Positions 1 to 8,893 of a stretch of DNA of 64,000 nt are shown here, piece by piece; within the stretch, counting starts at the first letter, position 1; each line of letters starts with the position of its first letter. The notes beneath the pieces were generated by a model. It had not been told where the DNA came from. It searched no databases and was given only the letters and a program-made list of their open reading frames with translations. Both the position numbers and the translations under genes were made by a program. The stretch spans positions 60,118 through 124,117 of the forward strand of contig JAFAGC010000130.1 in NCBI GenBank assembly GCA_023423065.1, written 5' to 3'. This DNA comes from Pseudomonadota bacterium (GTDB taxonomy: Bacteria; Pseudomonadota; Gammaproteobacteria; Steroidobacterales; Steroidobacteraceae).

Positions 1-547
1 CATCCCGATCTTCGGAGACGAGACATTCGACGCCATCGGCAATATTGGCAATGGCCGTCGCATCGAACTGCAGTGCGATCTGACGGTGCCATTCAAGACG
101 GGGCTATTGCGGAATGCCACGCTCAAAGCAAACGTTCTCTGGCGTGACAGCCGCGCCATCGATCCAGTCTCCGGAGTTCCGCGATCGATTTCGGAGAACT
201 TGCCGTGGGAGGGCAGCCTCGAATTTCGCAAGAACATCGATTCCCGAAACCTTCACTGGAGTTTCGAGTACACGCTTCCCAGTGTTTCGCGGGAATATCG
301 CTTCGACGAAGTCAGAACCGAGCGCCTGGGCGAAATGGTCAACCTCTCGGCCGGCTGGAAACCCACGCCGCATTGGGACATGCGAGTGTACGCTAACAAC
401 CTTCTGAACCGGGCGGCCACCCGGGAACGTCTCGTTTATCCAGCATCGCGCGCAAGTTCGTCCCCTTCATATGTCGAAGTGCGCATGCTGAAGGTGGGCG
501 TCTACGCGGGCTTGTCCATCACCAGGATCTTCGGCGAGCGGGACTAG
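1..547 (+). CDS. TonB-dependent receptor, C-terminal fragment (5' end lies outside the window)
   Basis: Frame 2 is open from base 2 (IPIFGDETFDAIGNIGNGRRIELQCDL...) to the stop at 545-547. The sequence has the alternating beta-strand character of a TBDR barrel end. The listed ORF 86..547 only begins at the first in-frame start-like codon. Confidence 0.6.
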   Translation, partial: IPIFGDETFDAIGNIGNGRRIELQCDLTVPFKTGLLRNATLKANVLWRDSRAIDPVSGVPRSISENLPWEGSLEFRKNIDSRNLHWSFEYTLPSVSREYRFDEVRTERLGEMVNLSAGWKPTPHWDMRVYANNLLNRAATRERLVYPASRASSSPSYVEVRMLKVGVYAGLSITRIFGERD

Positions 548-847
548 CAATCCGGCTTAATCAGCGGGTACTAAAGTTTCAGCGCTGGTAGCCGATAGAG
601 CGGCGCACGCTGTAGATAGTTTCCGATTTGCTGGCGTACGGCGAAAGACCTCCAGCGTGAGGCTCCCCTCGCACCTTCACTATTCGACCGGGCCATCGCC
701 TGGAGTAATCTACTGCTCGTGCCACGCTCCGCCTTCGGTATGCAAGCCACGTATGTCTTGACCGTGGCGTTACTTCCTTCGATCGCCTTTTAGGTAGCTT
801 TCGCGGTCACGTGTGCGATCGAGTGTTCCGTACTTCCCTGGTTATCG

Positions 848-1045
848 ATGATTGGCGGACCAGGAATTGCGATCCTCGCCATCATCGTCATCGGGGTCGT
901 TATCTACAAGAAAGCCGCGAGACTCGATGAGACTGGCCAATGGCGTGTGCGTTTCATGGTCATCTCGTCGCTGGTATGCGGCTGGCCGCTCGCTTACTGC
1001 GTATTTGGCATGAGTCTCCCTCTCGCGCAGAGGCTCGGTAGCTGA
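848..1045 (+). CDS. small hypothetical membrane protein
   Basis: 65-aa ORF with two hydrophobic stretches (IAILAIIVIGVVIY and VISSLVCGWPLAYCVFG). It ends 10 nt before the next same-strand gene. It may be spurious. Confidence 0.3.
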   Translation: MIGGPGIAILAIIVIGVVIYKKAARLDETGQWRVRFMVISSLVCGWPLAYCVFGMSLPLAQRLGS

Positions 1046-1054
1046 GTTTGGCGC

Positions 1055-1777
1055 ATGTCTAGACTTGAATTCGCATTGTTGACGGCTGGATTCGGCGCAC
1101 TGCTGGCTGCGGGTTGCGCTCGACCTCAACCCAAGTTCGACATTCAGTTCCTCGCTTCGGATCTCCATTTGACGATCGGCGGTCACTACGTTGTCGTTCC
1201 CGCAATTGACGTCGACGCGCCCGATCGAGCATTCGATCTCAATGGTCGCCACTCCGGCCTCAGCCGTAAGGATCAGCTCAAGAAGGAAGCCCTCGATCCG
1301 GGTAAGCCAGCGCCGGCGGATAGTCTCGGCCTCAGGATCAAACCCTACAAAGCGGATTACCCTGAATTGCGCGATGTGTGCACTTTGTTGAAGCGGAAGT
1401 GGTCGCGAGCGGTGTGCCTCTCGGAGCAAGGGAGCTTGCTGCGCCGACTGCCGGAGAGATTCCTGCTCCTGGATAGGAAGAGGCTCGAGTTGCTGCAGAA
1501 CTACTGGACGGTAGGGAAGGAGCGTCAGTTCGATCAGGTCAAAGATCTGGCGCTCACGCCTGGCATCACGGAAATCGGCTGCGACCAGGAATCGATATTC
1601 TGCACCGCGGCGGTGGAAGTACTGCCGGGCCTGTTGGCAGTCTGGACTGTGTGGAGCGACGAGAAGACCGGAAGAACTGCTCGCGACATGGCTGAATCGC
1701 AAGGCGCTGCAGTCATTCAGCTCGTTGGCCGTGGGCTGGGAAAGGACGAAGATCCCACGCTGGCTGGTGCCAACTGA
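1055..1777 (+). CDS. hypothetical lipoprotein
   Basis: N-terminal signal peptide with a lipobox (FGALLAAGC). The composition looks protein-like, whereas the 317-aa antisense ORF is R/S/Q-rich junk. No domain recognised. Confidence 0.55.
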   Translation: MSRLEFALLTAGFGALLAAGCARPQPKFDIQFLASDLHLTIGGHYVVVPAIDVDAPDRAFDLNGRHSGLSRKDQLKKEALDPGKPAPADSLGLRIKPYKADYPELRDVCTLLKRKWSRAVCLSEQGSLLRRLPERFLLLDRKRLELLQNYWTVGKERQFDQVKDLALTPGITEIGCDQESIFCTAAVEVLPGLLAVWTVWSDEKTGRTARDMAESQGAAVIQLVGRGLGKDEDPTLAGAN

Positions 1778-1931
1778 TCTCGTGACAACTCTCACGTGCC
1801 GAACAATCGTCTTGGAACCAGAAGCCGGTAGTTAGAGTCTCAGCAAATGAATCCCGGTCGATTCGAATCCCTGCTCTGGAGCGAAATCAGTCGGCCGTCT
1901 CTCGCAATATATTGATTTTAAAGGTAAATTT

Positions 1932-1951
1932 TGGCGGAGAGAGAGGGATTC
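1932..1951 (-). other. tRNA 3'-end-like fragment (possible att scar), not a foldable tRNA
   Basis: TGGCGGAGAGAGAGGGATTC is the reverse complement of ...GAATCCCTCTCTCTCCGCCA, which is an acceptor 3' strand plus half a T-arm plus CCA. The adjoining bases cannot complete a T stem. Confidence 0.3.
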
Positions 1952-2563
1952 ATACCGGCTCCCGGAGAGCTTGTTTCTAAGGGACTTTTCGAATTATCCG
2001 AATATCCATACCTCAGGAAATACCTTGAAACAAAACGTCGATTTGGCCCGCATTCTGCCGTCTTTTTAGCACGACAGCTCACCATCGACCACTCGTACGA
2101 TTCGCGACGTCACCGTCGTATCGCGCTGTTTATCCGCAGACGGCCGGCGACATAGCCGCCGACATTCATGCTGCCTCGAATCGCTGCACCTCCCTTCGCT
2201 ATTCCAGCCGACTCTCAAGGTTCGGAGCAAAAGTAGAAATACACACTCACTGTGAGCTCAAGAGCCTGAGGATCCGTGGGTCGTCGGTACGTAACGTCCA
2301 GGATTTCGATGTCCCCAAGCTGCTCGATGGCGTCGGCAGCTTTTCGTAGGAGCGTAGCCGCATCACCGCCGTGTTCGGTGATCGCGAGGTCCTCGCACTT
2401 CCAATTCTTTGCCTCCTCGCGAAGACGTTCAGACCTTTTCGCGTCGACAAGGGGCCTCGAAGCCAGGCTTCGATAACGCCGTGTCGCGTGCCGCCGCCTT
2501 CAACACTTTCGCGTTCGGGAGGGAATACTTATACTGTCTTTCTTTAATTCCGCCTATAGCCCC

Positions 2564-4081
2564 ATGCCGAACGAAGCCATTTCGTCCATCGTTATCGTCG
2601 GCGGCGGCACGGCTGGCTGGAGCGCTGCTGCCTGCCTGGCCAAGTTCCTTGCCAAGCGGCACACGAGCATCACTCTGGTCGACTCCTCTTCTATCGGGAC
2701 CGTCGGGGTTGGAGAGGCCAGTGTTCCGAACATCCACAATTTCAATGCGTACCTTGGACTCGACGAGCTCGACTTCATCGAGAGCACTCAGGGCACGTTC
2801 AAACTGGGGATCCGTTTCGACCACTGGCGCGAAGCGGGCGCTTCGTTCTTCCATCCATTCGGCCGGTACGGCGTCGGCTTTGAGGGCATGGAATTTCATC
2901 AGTGCCTGGCGAAGGCTCGCGATTCCGGCAAGAAGTCAGTCCTCGAAGACTATTCGCTACCCATCGCGCTGGCGCGTGCGGAACGTTTTGCGCAGCCCGT
3001 CATGGATGCAAAGTCTCCGCTCACCGATTACGGGTACGCATTTCACTTCGACGCGAGTCTCTACGCACGGCGCCTGAAGAAGTACGCCACCGAACGCGGT
3101 GTTCATCACCTGGATCGTCGCATCGCCGACGTGCGGCTGGCTCAAAACGGCGATATCGCAAGTCTGCAGTTCGACGACGGCACAACTCTCGCCGCGGACT
3201 TCTTCATCGACTGTTCGGGCTTCCGCGCCATCCTCATCGAAGGCGCATTGAAGACCGGCTACGAGAGCTGGAAGCACTGGCTGCCCTGCGATGCAGCCGT
3301 CGCCCTGCCCTGCGCGAGACCCCCGGGTGCTTTGAGCCCGTATACGGTCGCCACGGCGCGTGAAGCCGGATGGACCTGGCGCATTCCCCTGCAACACCGC
3401 ATTGGCAATGGCTATGTCTACGCACGCGATTTTCTGGACGAGCAATCCGCGACGAGCACGCTCGTGAACCAGTTGTCGAGCGCGTCATCGGCGCAGCCTA
3501 ATCACCAGCGCTTTACGGCGGGCATGCGCAAGCGATTCTGGAATCGCAATTGCATCGCGCTCGGTCTCGCCGGCGGATTCATCGAGCCGCTCGAGTCCAC
3601 GAGCATCAATCTCGTCCATCGCGCGCTCTCGTTGTTCATGGACTATTACCCGGGCAAAGAGGTCGACTCCCGCCGTGCCGATGCCGCGAATCGGCACTTT
3701 GCACTCGAACAACGGCACATCCGCGACTTCATCATTCTGCACTACAAGCTTTCGAATCGACAGGATTCGGAGTTCTGGCGATATGTGAACGCGATGTCCG
3801 TTCCCGACTCACTGCAGCATCGTATCGATACTTTCCGCAGTTGCGGCGCGCTGCTGCAGTTCGATGCTGAATCGTTCAAGCCGGAAAGCTGGCTCACGAT
3901 GTTCAACGGCTTCGGCGTCAATCAAGAAGGTTACGACTCGCGGGTGGACGACATCGACGTGCAACGCATGCTCGGAGCGCTGGATGTCATCCGGAATTCC
4001 GTGCAGCGCGCCGCCGAGAGCGCCATGCCGCACGCGGATTTCGTTGCGAAATTCTGCCCAGCACCGGCAGACATTCAATGA
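2564..4081 (+). CDS. tryptophan-halogenase-family FAD-dependent protein (paralogue 1)
   Basis: IVIVGGGTAGW dinucleotide-binding motif, GWTWRIPL (WxWxIP signature) and FKLGIRF. About 500 aa, as is typical for the family. Confidence 0.85.
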   Translation: MPNEAISSIVIVGGGTAGWSAAACLAKFLAKRHTSITLVDSSSIGTVGVGEASVPNIHNFNAYLGLDELDFIESTQGTFKLGIRFDHWREAGASFFHPFGRYGVGFEGMEFHQCLAKARDSGKKSVLEDYSLPIALARAERFAQPVMDAKSPLTDYGYAFHFDASLYARRLKKYATERGVHHLDRRIADVRLAQNGDIASLQFDDGTTLAADFFIDCSGFRAILIEGALKTGYESWKHWLPCDAAVALPCARPPGALSPYTVATAREAGWTWRIPLQHRIGNGYVYARDFLDEQSATSTLVNQLSSASSAQPNHQRFTAGMRKRFWNRNCIALGLAGGFIEPLESTSINLVHRALSLFMDYYPGKEVDSRRADAANRHFALEQRHIRDFIILHYKLSNRQDSEFWRYVNAMSVPDSLQHRIDTFRSCGALLQFDAESFKPESWLTMFNGFGVNQEGYDSRVDDIDVQRMLGALDVIRNSVQRAAESAMPHADFVAKFCPAPADIQ

Positions 4082-4182
4082 AATTTGCTGCGGCATTCGC
4101 GTGCGTGGTGATGGCATGGATCGGGTCTGATCGCCGCGGCAGCGAGTGGTCGCAAGCACCCGGCTGCCACAGATAGCCAGTA

Positions 4183-5187
4183 ATGAAGTCTCCCGCGTCA
4201 ATCGCCGAAGTGGTCGCCTCGGACCGCGACGCCTTCGATAAAGCGCGCCTCGACTATCGGCCCTTCGTCATGCGGGGACTATTGCGTGATTGGCCGTTGT
4301 TCAATGCTGGCCGATCCACCGCCACACTCGCCGAGTACCTGCTGGGCTTTTACAACGGCACGCCCATTCACGTGATGACCGGACCGGCCGAGATCGAAGG
4401 GCGACTCTTCTATATGGAGGACTTCCGGCAGCTGAACTTCCAGACTCGGGAAGCCGGCTTCCGGGAGGCCCTCAATGCCATACTGGCGACTTCGGCCCAA
4501 GAAAAGTCGAAGACCATCTACATGGGCTCGGCGGCCGAGAGTAAGCATTGGCCTGGCCTTGCGCGCGCGAACCCCATGCCTCTCGTCGCGAACGACGTGA
4601 ACCCCAATCTCTGGATAGGCGGCCGTGTCGTCGTCGGCCCTCACAACGACTATCCGGAAAACATCGCCTGCGTCGTCGCCGGCCGGCGTCGCTTCCGGCT
4701 CTTCCCTCCCGAGCAGATGGCGAATCTCTATATCGGCCCGATGGAGCTGAATCCCGCCGGGCGACCCGTCAGCTTTGTATCCGTAACGAATCCCGAACTC
4801 GACCGCTATCCTCGCTACTCTCAGGCCATCGAAGCATCTCGGGAAGCCGAGCTCGCACCCGGCGATGCCATCTACATTCCTTCGATGTGGTGGCACAGCG
4901 TCGAATCGCTGGCGCCATTCAATCTGCTCGTCAACTACTGGTGGGAGTCGCCGAACGCAAACGCCCAGCGCGCGGAGGCTGCGCTGATCCACGCGTTGCT
5001 CGCGATGGGATCGCTGACCGTCGCGCAACGGCGCGCCTGGCGAGCGGTGTTCGATCATCTGGTGTTCCATGCCGATGGAAACCCCGTCGAACACATACCT
5101 CCGGCAATTCGCGGCTGGCTCGGCGAGCTGACGCCGGATCTGCGCGACCGAATGCGAAATTTCATCCGGAAGTCGCTTCTTGAGTGA
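4183..5187 (+). CDS. cupin-like / JmjC-like domain protein
   Basis: 334 aa with the GPHNDYPENIACVVAGRRRFRLFPP ... IYIPSMWWHSVESL pattern typical of Cupin_8/JmjC-like proteins found beside TBDR-halogenase genes. Confidence 0.7.
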   Translation: MKSPASIAEVVASDRDAFDKARLDYRPFVMRGLLRDWPLFNAGRSTATLAEYLLGFYNGTPIHVMTGPAEIEGRLFYMEDFRQLNFQTREAGFREALNAILATSAQEKSKTIYMGSAAESKHWPGLARANPMPLVANDVNPNLWIGGRVVVGPHNDYPENIACVVAGRRRFRLFPPEQMANLYIGPMELNPAGRPVSFVSVTNPELDRYPRYSQAIEASREAELAPGDAIYIPSMWWHSVESLAPFNLLVNYWWESPNANAQRAEAALIHALLAMGSLTVAQRRAWRAVFDHLVFHADGNPVEHIPPAIRGWLGELTPDLRDRMRNFIRKSLLE

Positions 5188-5196
5188 GACCATGAA

Positions 5197-7164
5197 ATGA
5201 ATACTTTCAGACCCTCGGACAGGTACACATGCAGCACCTGGGTCTCTTGCTCGATGCTGTCCTGCGCCTCTTTCTTCACGAGTGTTTTCGCGTCGCCGAT
5301 TCCTCCGGACGCCATCGTTCAGGGCGTGCGGGTCCAGGATGTGAGCATCTCGCCCGATGGTCGATACCTGGCGATCGTCGCGCAACAGAACGGCACTGCA
5401 TTTGTGATGGTCAAGGATCGGACTTCCACCGCTGTTCCCATGACTGTCTACGAACCGACCACGCAGTTGCCGTATTTGCCGCGCGTCTGTCATTGGGCTA
5501 AGTCCGCGCGGCTGGTCTGCACGCTATCATTGCTCCTGCCCTCGGGCCGAATGGCACGCCATCTCGATTTGAAAATGATCGCGATCAATCCCGATGGAAG
5601 CAAACCCGTAGTACTGCTCGAAAACGACGACATTGTTTGGCCCGTCAGGCCGCGCGTAATCGACTGGCAGCGCCAGAATCAAACTGAAGTACTGGTCGCA
5701 AACAACTGGTCCTATCCCGAGCCATTTTCCGGTCATGGAAAGCGGAGCAGCGCCTATCTGTCGAAGCTGAATATCGAGACTAACAAGGTATCGTCGGCCG
5801 GCGCCGGATTGCCCCGTGGCAATTACAGGAAGTTCGTCGGCGACGGGCGCGGCAGCGCGATTCTCGCTGCCGGCTTAGAAGATGGCATGGCGCCCAAAGC
5901 CTGGACTGCGGCGGCGCGACTATCGAACTCGGCGCCGTGGATCCGGCTCTCGCGCCTCGCGCCCCATGCCACCGGCCTGAGCTTCGAGCCCGTTGCGCTC
6001 GCTGCCGGCACCACCGATGCCTTCATGCTCTTGGATCACGAGGGCCGCACCGCACTCTGGCGCGTGGACCTCTCCGATCAACGCGACCCGATCCTCGAAC
6101 TGTGGCACAAGGAGTTCAACGTCCATGACGTGCTGAGAGACGGTGACGGCGCCTTAATGGGCGTCCGCCTTGCGACGTCCGCCGCCGGGCCTCTGTACCT
6201 TGACGGCCAGGCTCGCAAACTCGATGCACTGCTGCGCGCAAAATGGCCCGACCGGCGGAACGAATTCCTCGACGCAACCGCCAATCTCAAGGAAGTCGTG
6301 GTTCGCACTTGGGGCGACGGAAGCGTACCTACCTATCATGTGTTTAGTGGCGGCACTGAGAGTCCCAAACTAGACCTTGTCGGATCGTCGGCACCCGAAA
6401 TGGCGAAACTATCGTTGGTGCCTAGCCGGTCGATCATGGTGTCGACAGATACTGGCCGCCACATTTTTGCGCAGCTTACGCTCCCGGCAACGTCCGACGA
6501 ACACAAGCGGCCTCTGGTAGTACTGGTGAGCGACTGGGATGAGGATGGACTGGTATTCGATCCCCTTGCCCAGCTACTGGCGAGCCGGGGCTACGCTGTG
6601 GTGCGTACCCAAGCGGCGAGTAGCAGCGCCGATGAGAGTTGGGAACTCGCCCCTCTCGTTGACTGGGACGGCAAAGTCTATGCGGATATGCTGACTGTAA
6701 TACGCTCCCTGGTCGCCGACGCCAGGCTGGATGCGGGACGTGCTTGTCTGATCGGCGCCGGCTACGGCGGCTACGTCGCCATGCTCGGAAACATCCGCGG
6801 CGACGTGCAACCCGCCTGTGCGATCGGAATCAACACGGTCACGGACCTCGCAAGCGCGCTGGCGAACGCGCGCAACAGTGGGCTGCGCAGGGTCGTCGAA
6901 AGGCCGGGTCGACTCGACCTCCTCGCGAAGGGGGCCGATCCAATCCGCAAACACGCTGTATCCGCGCACGGCCCTACACTCTTGGTAAACGATACTCTCA
7001 TCAAGGAAGCCAAGGCGTTCGCGGCCGCACTTTCGAAGGAAAACAAGAACCAAAAGCTGATCTTCACAGACCTGATAGGCGACGGGTTCGTTGCACAGAC
7101 AAATAGGGAAATTGTGGCGTTCCTTGATGAGCACCTGCCGATCGCGGAGCGTTCAGAAGAGTGA
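5197..7164 (+). CDS. S9 (prolyl oligopeptidase/DPP)-like alpha/beta hydrolase; nucleophile motif reads GAGYGG
   Basis: Signal-like N-terminus, then a beta-propeller-like N-terminal half (ISPDGRYLAIV), then a C-terminal hydrolase fold with LIGAGYGGYVAM where S9 enzymes have GGSYGG. Confidence 0.65.
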   Translation: MNTFRPSDRYTCSTWVSCSMLSCASFFTSVFASPIPPDAIVQGVRVQDVSISPDGRYLAIVAQQNGTAFVMVKDRTSTAVPMTVYEPTTQLPYLPRVCHWAKSARLVCTLSLLLPSGRMARHLDLKMIAINPDGSKPVVLLENDDIVWPVRPRVIDWQRQNQTEVLVANNWSYPEPFSGHGKRSSAYLSKLNIETNKVSSAGAGLPRGNYRKFVGDGRGSAILAAGLEDGMAPKAWTAAARLSNSAPWIRLSRLAPHATGLSFEPVALAAGTTDAFMLLDHEGRTALWRVDLSDQRDPILELWHKEFNVHDVLRDGDGALMGVRLATSAAGPLYLDGQARKLDALLRAKWPDRRNEFLDATANLKEVVVRTWGDGSVPTYHVFSGGTESPKLDLVGSSAPEMAKLSLVPSRSIMVSTDTGRHIFAQLTLPATSDEHKRPLVVLVSDWDEDGLVFDPLAQLLASRGYAVVRTQAASSSADESWELAPLVDWDGKVYADMLTVIRSLVADARLDAGRACLIGAGYGGYVAMLGNIRGDVQPACAIGINTVTDLASALANARNSGLRRVVERPGRLDLLAKGADPIRKHAVSAHGPTLLVNDTLIKEAKAFAAALSKENKNQKLIFTDLIGDGFVAQTNREIVAFLDEHLPIAERSEE

Positions 7165-7207
7165 AGTCTTGATGCAGATGATTTGAAAGTCGCCTCGGGA
7201 AATTGGC

Positions 7208-8755
7208 CTACTCCGATTGTCCGCCACGCGGGGCAGCCATCTCTGTGGGACGCGTCGGCAACCTTATCTCGAAGGTCGTCCCCTCGCCGATTTCCGTGGT
7301 GAAGTCGATCGTTCCGCCGTGCACCTTGACCACCACATTGCGCGCTATCGTCAGACCTTGACCGCTGCCGCGGCCGACTTCTTTCGTTGTAAAGAAGGGG
7401 TCGAAGATACGGTGCCGGATTTCCTCGCGTATGCCGCCACCGGTGTCCGACACTGAGATAACCACGTTATCCCCTTCCGCGCGCGTGCGCACTGTAATCA
7501 GGCCACGCTCACTGCTTCCCTTTACATCGGTGATCGCATGAGCGGCATTTACCAGAAGATTTAGGATGACGATATTGATCTGCCCACCATGACACACGAC
7601 GGGGGGTAGCTCGCCAAGATCGGTCTGGATCTCGGCAACCGCCTGGTACTCGCTGCGCGCCACCACGAGGGTGCTCTTTATCGATTGATTGATATCCACA
7701 GCCGCCATTTCACTGATGTCGGCACGGGCGAAGTCTTTGATGGAGCGGACAACTTCGGCAATGCGCCCGAGCCCGTCGGCAACGCGTTTCAACGCAGAGG
7801 GCAATTCTTGGCGTAGATATCCGATCTCCTCTTCCACATCGCTTGGCCGTTCGGCGCCACCAGCCGGGTTTTCGAGATATTCGAGCAGCTCGTGAACTCC
7901 TTCGTCGATGAATCGAACACTGTCACTGAGATACTGGATGGGGGTATTGATCTCATGAGCTAAACCGGCAGCGAGGCGACCGATGGACTCGTGGCGATCC
8001 ATTGCCATCAGCTTCTGATCCACCGCCTTGCGCTCGGTGATGTCGTACCCCGTGCCAACGATTCCTGTGAGTCTGCCGTTGTCATCCTTCAGTGGAACTT
8101 TGGACGTGAGGATCACCCGATTTTCTCCGCGCACCTTGTCAAAAGCGACTTCCTCGAGATCAATCAAGGGTTGTCCAGAGGCAATGAGCGCCTGCTCTTC
8201 AGCGAAAAACTTCTCCGCCATCTCCCGAGGAAAGAAGTCGAAGTCTGTCTTGCCAATCATCTCTGACGGAATTGTTCCTAATCGCTTCGCGACCAGCGCA
8301 TTGCACGCCGTAAACCGGCTGTGCGCATCTTTCGCATAGATGAATGCCGGAATGAGATCGATCATCGTACGCAGGACAGTGCGCTCGTGGGCCAGGCTTT
8401 CCGCAAGCTTGCGCAGCGCCTCTGGCTCTTCCCCCTTAGAAGGATGCTGCCTAGGCAGCTCGTTCCCAGATTTAGTATCCATGCTTGGCTCTCCTGGCCG
8501 ACCGAAAACATTCATGGCTTGGAACACCCGCGCGTCCCGCATAGCATTCTGCATATCGTAGTGCCACATTGAGCGCAAGCGTCCTGCCAAGGCAATGTTG
8601 ACGGGGAGTAAGATTTCGTAGCGGATGTTGGCCGATGCGGTATTGACTTCGTCGACGAGGCGGCCGGAGGATTGGGCGGTGGCGGCATCGAGCCGCTTGA
8701 GGGGCGCGTCAAGGGCCTCGTCTTCCCGACGACGCAACATGGTGAGAGTTTTCAT
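7208..8755 (-). CDS. PAS-domain sensor histidine kinase (no adjacent response regulator)
   Basis: PAS-like region (IPAFIYAKDAHSRFTACN...GYDITERK), H-box AAGLAHEINTPIQY, and HATPase N/G boxes (LLVNAAHAI, DTGGGI, GSGQGL). Confidence 0.9.
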   Translation of the reverse strand: MKTLTMLRRREDEALDAPLKRLDAATAQSSGRLVDEVNTASANIRYEILLPVNIALAGRLRSMWHYDMQNAMRDARVFQAMNVFGRPGEPSMDTKSGNELPRQHPSKGEEPEALRKLAESLAHERTVLRTMIDLIPAFIYAKDAHSRFTACNALVAKRLGTIPSEMIGKTDFDFFPREMAEKFFAEEQALIASGQPLIDLEEVAFDKVRGENRVILTSKVPLKDDNGRLTGIVGTGYDITERKAVDQKLMAMDRHESIGRLAAGLAHEINTPIQYLSDSVRFIDEGVHELLEYLENPAGGAERPSDVEEEIGYLRQELPSALKRVADGLGRIAEVVRSIKDFARADISEMAAVDINQSIKSTLVVARSEYQAVAEIQTDLGELPPVVCHGGQINIVILNLLVNAAHAITDVKGSSERGLITVRTRAEGDNVVISVSDTGGGIREEIRHRIFDPFFTTKEVGRGSGQGLTIARNVVVKVHGGTIDFTTEIGEGTTFEIRLPTRPTEMAAPRGGQSE

Positions 8756-8893
8756 GCCGCCGTGCGCGACGGTGGTCTACGGGATGGGTTTGGCGGCACC
8801 CACTATGATTTGCCCGCTGCCCTTGAGCATTCCACTGATGTTGGGTAATGCGGAGGCATTCACGCAGCGGCCTCATTCGCTCCCCTTCGGGTT

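Noticed and set aside
842-1795. 317-aa minus-strand ORF covering the small membrane protein and lipoprotein genes
   Set aside because: Its composition is R/S/Q/E-rich and low-complexity-like, and it has no motifs. It is the antisense shadow of a plus-strand ORF that has a clean lipoprotein signal. Such shadow ORFs are typical of GC-rich DNA.
1795-1900. Possible intact tRNA or tmRNA on the plus strand (GGTAGTTAGAG and TTCGAATCC look like D-loop and T-loop pieces)
   Set aside because: I could not build an acceptor stem or a T stem. GTCGA does not pair with CCCTG, and no 5' partner exists for CTCTGGA. I kept it only as a tRNA-like remnant.
1931-2155. 74-aa plus-strand ORF starting on the tRNA-like fragment
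   Set aside because: It has a TTG start and no SD, it begins inside the tRNA-like scar, and its C-terminus is Arg-rich. It is most likely non-coding.
2240-2480. Minus-strand open frame encoding ...DAATLLRKAADAIEQLGDIEILDVTYRRPTDPQALELTVSVYFYF... upstream of halogenase 1
   Set aside because: It looks protein-like, but it has no ATG, GTG or TTG start after the in-frame stop, and I recognise no family. It is probably a gene remnant, so I did not annotate it.
4279-5493. 404-aa minus-strand ORF antisense to the cupin-like gene
   Set aside because: It is Arg/Gly/Asp-rich shadow-ORF sequence. The plus-strand frame carries recognisable cupin/JmjC-like motifs and fits the operon spacing.
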